Sequence record: LR756501.1
Strand: one strand, 5' to 3'
DNA: 64,000 bases
The position numbers and the translations under genes were made by a program. Positions 58,102 through 64,000 of this stretch are shown here, one piece after another. Below the pieces are notes generated by a model. That model was not told the origin of the DNA and made no database searches. It was given only the letters and a program-made list of their open reading frames with translations. Positions within the stretch are counted from its first letter, which is position 1. Each line of letters starts with the position of its first letter.

Positions 58102-60621
58102 ATGAACTATCTATTAAGTAAAAAATTTGACGGAACATTCACAATGAACTTTATTGGGACACAAACTTTAACCCAAACTAATAATACTATGTACCTCAAA
58201 CCAACAGCCCCAATAATGGGAGTTAAGAAAATTACAGGATATACAGACATAATAAGAGGTCAAAATTCTTACCAGTACGTTAAAGTATATTTCAAATACC
58301 AAAATAAATACGATAACCCAAGTGCGAAGTGCCAAGATTGCTGGAGTGAAATGATGCCAATTGCAGCGATAACAGGTATAACATGTATTCCAAACGAACC
58401 ATTTGATATTGAATTATTCTATTACAGAGTTGACGACGGTCCATTTGATAGTAGTCACCCTAGAACAAACATATATATTGGTGACGACAGTTTATCACAA
58501 GCCGTAGTTATATCAGGCGAATACGAATTTAATTATACAGACGGTCCTTTTACTCTAACAACCGTTAACAACGAAGTAGTACTAGTACCTAAAGATATTT
58601 ATAAAATATTTTCTATTAGTGATTTTCAAATAATTGCAGATGATCCAGGAAATTTAGAATTACATTATAGAGTTACACAAGATAACGGAAGAACATATTC
58701 GAATTGGGAACCACTTAATAAAGCTAATATATCCAGTTTTAGATTTAATAATCTTAGATTTGCTAGAATGGAATATAAAATCAAAATGATATACGACGAC
58801 GGTAATCCAATAAATGTTTACGATATTATACTTATAGGAGATTTTCAAAACGTATCAGCTAACTATCTTAAAACCAACAGGTATGGAATAAGACAGGATT
58901 GTTTAACTTCTTATATAAATCCAACGACTGGTAATACAGATACTTGTGGTTGGAATATAAGTACACAGTCTGGTGCTTCATATGGAATAGCACCTGGTAA
59001 CGGGTTTGTTACTCCTGCTATGACTCCTGCTGATTTAAATAATAATTTCTGGACACAAGGATTAAGTTGTTACTCGGCTAATCCTAATAATTCAAATGGT
59101 GTAGTACCATCTGGTGGTGTAATGGCTGGTGTAAATGCTCAAAATCAAACAGCTGCTGCACAAAGCACTTTATGGAACCCATATAGTATAACACAGATTA
59201 TGGCGTTTGCTAATACGATGGCAAATCAACTTAATAGCATATTTGCTTGGGAAATTGATTATCACTTAACAGATCCAGATTCAAATGGTATAGACTTTGT
59301 TCTACATGAATATCAATTATATAACATCATTGATATGAAGAAGGTAAAGATATTGGTACCTGATAATAAATTCCCTGATAATATGATTAAGTTTAATCAA
59401 TTCAGTTTAGATTTATTCGATACCTTTGAAATACATATTCTTAAAGACGAGTTCAAAAGAAAATTTGGTATAACTGCTCGCCCCGCTGAGAACGATATTT
59501 TGTTCATTTGTCCTATCAATAGATTGTACTACGTTAAACACGCTCAAGTTTTTAGAGACGTTATGAACGCTGGTTACTATTACAAAGTTATTCTTGAAAA
59601 ATACGAACAAAAAGCAAATATCAGAAACCTACACGCAGAGTCAAAAGCTCTTCTGGACGTTCTCACCAAAAATACCACAATGGACGAACTCTTCGGACCT
59701 GAAAAGACACAAGAAGAAAATATCATCGCTAATATCGAACAATTTAAACCATTTACTTTCGATCCAATGCGTTATGTTGTTAATAATAAAGTAATTAGAG
59801 TTGAACAAGATTTATATAACGGTAATTTTGATTTTTCGAAGAATCATTATGATTTTAAGAACGTAATTAATAAGACTGCTGTAGTATTTAAAAAGAGTGA
59901 TAATACGTTTCTTGAGTCGTCTAACAGATCATTGATCTGTTGGTTTAATTTCAACAACGCTTGGGTATATGAAAAACCAAGTAAGGCTGCTATCACCACT
60001 TATAATGTTGATCAGAATACCAATTTCTGGTTGCTTGATAATTTTGATGAGTCAACTAATAAGGGCTATAGAATGTGGTATTACAAGAAGGATATTAACT
60101 TCCAGTTGAATGATCAGTTCTACAAGATACCTAATCTTAATTTATTAACTAATATATGGTATGCTTTAATAATCAATATTGATCAACGTCAAAAGACTGT
60201 TAATCTTAATATTTACACAAGGGATAACGATTACGATATTGTTTTCTTCCAACCAGATTCTTACCAGATGAGTACAATAAGTTGGACAGATACAACAGGA
60301 TATACTTATTTGATGAGTATGGGATATAAACCAGTAGATAATGTGGAGTTAAGAAATCCATCTACTGAGTACGTGGCAGTAAAAGAATCTAATTACGAAA
60401 ATGTTTACGTACAACATTTCGAACACGAGATGGATATAACTATAAAAGGGTCTAATATAAAATATACTAATTTAAGAATACTTACAGATATAGTGCCTAA
60501 TAACGAAATATTTAATACTTTAAATCAATATTACGTGGCTAACGCAGAGAAAGTGTTGTTGGCTGATAACGCTGATAGAAATATTTATACTGATAACTAT
60601 ATAAATAAAAACTGGACATAA
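58102..60621 (+). CDS. Large structural protein with a central T4 gp14 neck-like domain
   Basis: FDTFEIHI...FKRKFG...RPAENDILF...RLYYV...YYKVILEKYE resembles the gp14 RPxEGDLIY...LFEI region. Confidence 0.55.
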   Translation: MNYLLSKKFDGTFTMNFIGTQTLTQTNNTMYLKPTAPIMGVKKITGYTDIIRGQNSYQYVKVYFKYQNKYDNPSAKCQDCWSEMMPIAAITGITCIPNEPFDIELFYYRVDDGPFDSSHPRTNIYIGDDSLSQAVVISGEYEFNYTDGPFTLTTVNNEVVLVPKDIYKIFSISDFQIIADDPGNLELHYRVTQDNGRTYSNWEPLNKANISSFRFNNLRFARMEYKIKMIYDDGNPINVYDIILIGDFQNVSANYLKTNRYGIRQDCLTSYINPTTGNTDTCGWNISTQSGASYGIAPGNGFVTPAMTPADLNNNFWTQGLSCYSANPNNSNGVVPSGGVMAGVNAQNQTAAAQSTLWNPYSITQIMAFANTMANQLNSIFAWEIDYHLTDPDSNGIDFVLHEYQLYNIIDMKKVKILVPDNKFPDNMIKFNQFSLDLFDTFEIHILKDEFKRKFGITARPAENDILFICPINRLYYVKHAQVFRDVMNAGYYYKVILEKYEQKANIRNLHAESKALLDVLTKNTTMDELFGPEKTQEENIIANIEQFKPFTFDPMRYVVNNKVIRVEQDLYNGNFDFSKNHYDFKNVINKTAVVFKKSDNTFLESSNRSLICWFNFNNAWVYEKPSKAAITTYNVDQNTNFWLLDNFDESTNKGYRMWYYKKDINFQLNDQFYKIPNLNLLTNIWYALIINIDQRQKTVNLNIYTRDNDYDIVFFQPDSYQMSTISWTDTTGYTYLMSMGYKPVDNVELRNPSTEYVAVKESNYENVYVQHFEHEMDITIKGSNIKYTNLRILTDIVPNNEIFNTLNQYYVANAEKVLLADNADRNIYTDNYINKNWT

Positions 60622-61019
60622 TGAAACATTTGACGTCAATATATGAATTATATAAAACTCCTAATCTTAAGCAGAATGATATAGAGGAGATGATAAAGTA
60701 TTTGGAAGATTACGCTGAAAGAAACGGTCACGATATTTATAGACAAAAGCCTATGGATGTATCCGCGTTGTTGCCAGATTTTAAAGAAACTAGAATAAGT
60801 GGAGAAGATCCTTATGGTGAAGAAGAATGGGAAGTTGAAAAACCAAAACTAATGTCTGCTGCTATAATGTTATTTGAAGATGATTCAAAGAACGCTAAAA
60901 AAATTCTAACATTTGCATGGATGACTAGTGGAACAAAATATTCTAATTCATTATATATAGGTTACTCTAAATTTGATAACATAGATTTTAATATACTAAA
61001 ACAACTTGTAGAAGGATGA
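60621..61019 (+). CDS. Hypothetical protein with CTS-like start and DPYGEE motif
   Basis: MKHLTSIYELY; EDPYGEEEWE. Confidence 0.75.
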   Translation: MKHLTSIYELYKTPNLKQNDIEEMIKYLEDYAERNGHDIYRQKPMDVSALLPDFKETRISGEDPYGEEEWEVEKPKLMSAAIMLFEDDSKNAKKILTFAWMTSGTKYSNSLYIGYSKFDNIDFNILKQLVEG

Positions 61020-61411
61020 TAAAGAAATTTAAACTATTTGAAGCTGATGAAGTTGAACTCGTTGAGAAAGGCGAATTCGATATAGAAGGTCTAATGGAAA
61101 GACTTAAAGATCAAGAAAATAGAATAGAATTTTTAACTATTTTCTTGAATAGAATTCTAAGAGATAATTACGCGTCTTTTAGTGTAAGAGATGGTGGTAA
61201 GATAGAGAAAGTAAAGGTAAAAGAAATTCATATACTGCTCAATCAGTCGAATGAAGATAATGATACTGTTTTGATGAGTATATTTTTAAGAGATGATTCT
61301 AATAAAGATTATTGTTTACATTCAACTGAAAGAATCACAGTTTTTAGAATTGCTGGTAAAACAGTTATAACAGCAGAAGATCCTTACGGTGAAGAAGAAT
61401 GGTCGTATTAA
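61016..61411 (+). CDS. CTS-bearing protein ending in EDPYGEEEWSY
   Basis: MIKKFKLFE start. Confidence 0.8.
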   Translation: MIKKFKLFEADEVELVEKGEFDIEGLMERLKDQENRIEFLTIFLNRILRDNYASFSVRDGGKIEKVKVKEIHILLNQSNEDNDTVLMSIFLRDDSNKDYCLHSTERITVFRIAGKTVITAEDPYGEEEWSY

Positions 61412-61426
61412 AAATAAAATATAAAA

Positions 61427-61741
61427 ATGGATAAGTTAGAAGATTTTAAATCATTTGAAGGATATAAAGGTATGGAAGTTGGTGGTATAATTGCAATGTT
61501 AGACACACTTCAAAAAATGTCTGACGTGGCTGAAATGTTAAAAGCAACTAAACCAAAGACTATACAAAAGAAGATATTATCTTTTTTAAAGAATAACGAA
61601 GGTAATATTGATGAAATGACTGCTGCAAGAATTAGGTATATAGCACAAATATGGAACGACGCTTTTGAAGGAACAGGTATAATATTTGGTTTAAAAAGAA
61701 GAATTGACCCATTAGTCGAAAAATTAAAACAATTGAAATGA
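61427..61741 (+). CDS. CTS-bearing helical protein
   Basis: MDKLEDFKSFE start. Confidence 0.75.
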   Translation: MDKLEDFKSFEGYKGMEVGGIIAMLDTLQKMSDVAEMLKATKPKTIQKKILSFLKNNEGNIDEMTAARIRYIAQIWNDAFEGTGIIFGLKRRIDPLVEKLKQLK

Positions 61742-62562
61742 TAAAAACATTTGACGAGTTTATAAATGAATCAGATTACAGAAATGTAACTGGTTACGGT
61801 ACAATGGGTGGAAGTGGTGATCAAAATACAGGACCTTCATTTAATAAAGGACCTGATGCAGCCACTTATAGATTACCTTCTGTTGTTGGTGTAGAATCTG
61901 ACGATATAAGTGATCCTTATTTTTCAGGTAGAAGAAGTCAAAAACGTAAAAAACTTAGAAAACACCCAGCCATAGAAAAGAACAGAAAAGATAAAACTAA
62001 ATATCTTGACAGGTTGGAAAAAGATACTCAAAATAAATTAATTGAGAATAAAAATGATTTAGATCCTTATGGTGAAGAAAATTGGGATGAGAAGAATCCA
62101 AATGGTAATTTTCTTCTTAATTTTGAACAGCGTAGATTACAAGAAGCTGAGGATATGTTACCTAAAATACAACAATATTTACCTAACGCGTATATAGATC
62201 AAGAAAATCAAAACTTTGCTGCTATATTATGTGACGCTGATGAATATTTAACATTAGATAGTTTTGATCCAGCAAATCCAGGTGTATCTTACGGTGAATT
62301 TGCCAGTAACGCCTTTGAAGATTTAGAAGGATTAAGAGAAATTGTAACAAGTTTAAAAAATATTGGAGCTAAAAATATTTTAGTTGCTTCAATACTTATA
62401 GATGATATACAAGTTGAGGAAAAACCATATCAAGTAATTACATCAGATACATTATATTTTGAAGGAATAAGTAGAAGACAAGCTAATGAAGACGTGGATT
62501 GGGGAGTACATCCAAATGAATTAGATGGTGGTAATAGATCATGGAGAGCTTGGTGGGATTAA
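61738..62562 (+). CDS. CTS-bearing two-module protein with DPYGEE at the module junction
   Basis: MIKTFDEFINE start; LIENKNDLDPYGEENWD. Confidence 0.8.
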   Translation: MIKTFDEFINESDYRNVTGYGTMGGSGDQNTGPSFNKGPDAATYRLPSVVGVESDDISDPYFSGRRSQKRKKLRKHPAIEKNRKDKTKYLDRLEKDTQNKLIENKNDLDPYGEENWDEKNPNGNFLLNFEQRRLQEAEDMLPKIQQYLPNAYIDQENQNFAAILCDADEYLTLDSFDPANPGVSYGEFASNAFEDLEGLREIVTSLKNIGAKNILVASILIDDIQVEEKPYQVITSDTLYFEGISRRQANEDVDWGVHPNELDGGNRSWRAWWD

Positions 62563-62572
62563 AAGAAAAGAT

Positions 62573-63463
62573 ATGATAACTAAATTTAAAATATTTGAGG
62601 CTATATCGCTAGACTATCCACTACCTTTATTTAAGGTTGGGGATACTGTTTATTATCACGGAAGACTTAGAAAACATCATGGTTATTATAAAGTAAAAGA
62701 ACGTTATCATTCTAGTTTATTTCAACAATCTGAATTAGAAAAAGGTGATACTGGATGGAGATATGATTTAAGTGAAGATGGTGTTCATATATTTATCAGA
62801 GGTTCTTGGGAAATGTCGTCTTCACCAACAGAAGAGGAAGGTAAAAGAAAAGATAAAGAATATCAAGATAAAAAAGAAGAATTAAGAAAACTTCATATGG
62901 ATTTTGATCCTTACGGTGAAGAGGTTTGGGAATCAATCAGACAGGATGATCCTTACGGTGAAGAAATTTGGGAAAATGAAGAAGTATTTAAAATAGGTGA
63001 TAAAGTTATATGTATGAACACTGAAAACGCCATTGGTGTAACATTACATAAAAAATATATTGTGTCTAATCCTAATCCACAGATATTTAATAATAATTGT
63101 GTAGAAATAATAAATGATTTTGATAAAAAAGGAATTTATATTAACAGTAGATTTAGAAAAGTTTTAAATGAAAATGTGAATATTTTAGATCCTTACGGTG
63201 AAGAAGATTGGGAAGATAAAAACAAAGCATCTGAATTTGATATATTTGATGATGACGACAGAGAAGAAAATCTTTATCATAGAGTGGGTGAATGTAGATT
63301 ATGTGGTAGATACGCTCCTCACGGATTGATGTTAGACGACGTTTGTCCAGCTTGTAGGTTCGAAGATGATCATTGCTATATGTGTGGAAGTTACGTACCA
63401 CACGAATTTCTACACGACGGTGCTTGCGATTTATGTTTAAAGGATCCAACATGGAATATGTAA
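62573..63463 (+). CDS. CTS-bearing protein: three DPYGEE motifs, two KOW-like modules, tandem Zn fingers
   Basis: Start re-called at MITKFKIFE; FKVGDTV, FKIGDKV; CRLCG..CPAC, CYMCG..CDLC. Confidence 0.8.
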   Translation: MITKFKIFEAISLDYPLPLFKVGDTVYYHGRLRKHHGYYKVKERYHSSLFQQSELEKGDTGWRYDLSEDGVHIFIRGSWEMSSSPTEEEGKRKDKEYQDKKEELRKLHMDFDPYGEEVWESIRQDDPYGEEIWENEEVFKIGDKVICMNTENAIGVTLHKKYIVSNPNPQIFNNNCVEIINDFDKKGIYINSRFRKVLNENVNILDPYGEEDWEDKNKASEFDIFDDDDREENLYHRVGECRLCGRYAPHGLMLDDVCPACRFEDDHCYMCGSYVPHEFLHDGACDLCLKDPTWNM

Positions 63464-63494
63464 AAAATAATTTTTTAATTTAATATATAGCGGT

Positions 63495-63830
63495 ATGTTA
63501 AAAAAATTCGATAAATTCGCAAATGAGAAACTGAACTCCGAACTTGACCCTTATGGTGAAGAAAGGGATGAAGACGACGTGTTTGAGGAATTTGATATTA
63601 ATGATGACTTATCGGTTGAAGATGTATGGGTTGAAACCACTTATACATACAATGTGAAATTAGGTAAATATAAATTGAAATATAAATTAGTATATGACGA
63701 TGATGGTTTTTCTTCGTTAGATAGAGTAGAAGAAAATGACGAAAAATTACCAGAACATGTTTTAGATTTCTGTGAAGAATATGACGAAGAAATAAAAGAA
63801 ATATTAGTGGCTGAGAGATATGGTAGATAA
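63495..63830 (+). CDS. CTS-bearing acidic protein with DPYGEE motif
   Basis: MLKKFDKFANE...ELDPYGEERDE; AATATATA at 63482. Confidence 0.8.
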   Translation: MLKKFDKFANEKLNSELDPYGEERDEDDVFEEFDINDDLSVEDVWVETTYTYNVKLGKYKLKYKLVYDDDGFSSLDRVEENDEKLPEHVLDFCEEYDEEIKEILVAERYGR

Positions 63831-64000
63831 TTATAAAAAGTTTATAAAAGAAAACGACGAACATAAAGACGTTGATCCTTACGGTGAAGAAAACTGGAAG
63901 GAAAAACCTTATTTAGATTTTGATAAAGATAAAATGGTAAGTGATTGTCTTGATATGATTTATCAAGATATGAGTGGATATAGAGATTGGATAATGCAAG
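63820..64000 (+). CDS. 5' part of a CTS-bearing protein with DPYGEE motif (runs off the window)
   Basis: MVDNYKKFIKENDEHKDVDPYGEENWKEKP... Confidence 0.8.
   Translation, partial: MVDNYKKFIKENDEHKDVDPYGEENWKEKPYLDFDKDKMVSDCLDMIYQDMSGYRDWIMQ

Noticed and set aside
16006-63891. DPYGEE 18-mer as a dispersed CRISPR repeat, promoter or terminator
   Set aside because: Copies are always inside ORFs in one reading frame, non-palindromic and irregularly spaced, with synonymous-only variation.
1-64000. Stop-codon reassignment as seen in some large phages
   Set aside because: Conserved genes are intact under code 11, and TGA stops form ATGA overlaps with the next start (e.g. 11730-11733, 15094-15097, 50233-50236).

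Overview
AT-rich segment of a large T4-superfamily (jumbo) bacteriophage genome. The host is probably a member of Bacteroidota: genes lack Shine-Dalgarno sequences, one carries a TATCTTTG promoter, and several small genes are Bacteroidota-type. The window holds a head module (gp55-like late sigma, gp4, gp2-like, portal gp20, fused prohead protease-scaffold, major capsid gp23, then a GT2 glycosyltransferase). An accessory region follows: HADs, a pyrimidine-dimer glycosylase-like gene, two PRTase paralogs, a RimK-like ligase, an anticodon-less AsnRS paralog behind a structured leader, and an N-terminal half-only family B DNA polymerase. Two RHH+endonuclease cassettes are present. About 21 kb encodes three giant (Gly-Thr-Ser)n collagen-like fibre proteins, followed by a gp14-like neck gene. 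The most unusual signal is a family of about 20 proteins with T4-like capsid-targeting N-termini. Nine of these, plus a tenth gene with an internal copy of that signal, carry 12 in-frame copies of a DPYGEE(x)W motif encoded by a near-invariant 18-mer, GAYCCTTAYGGTGAAGAR. All calls come from reading the sequence and recalling family motifs; no searches were run.
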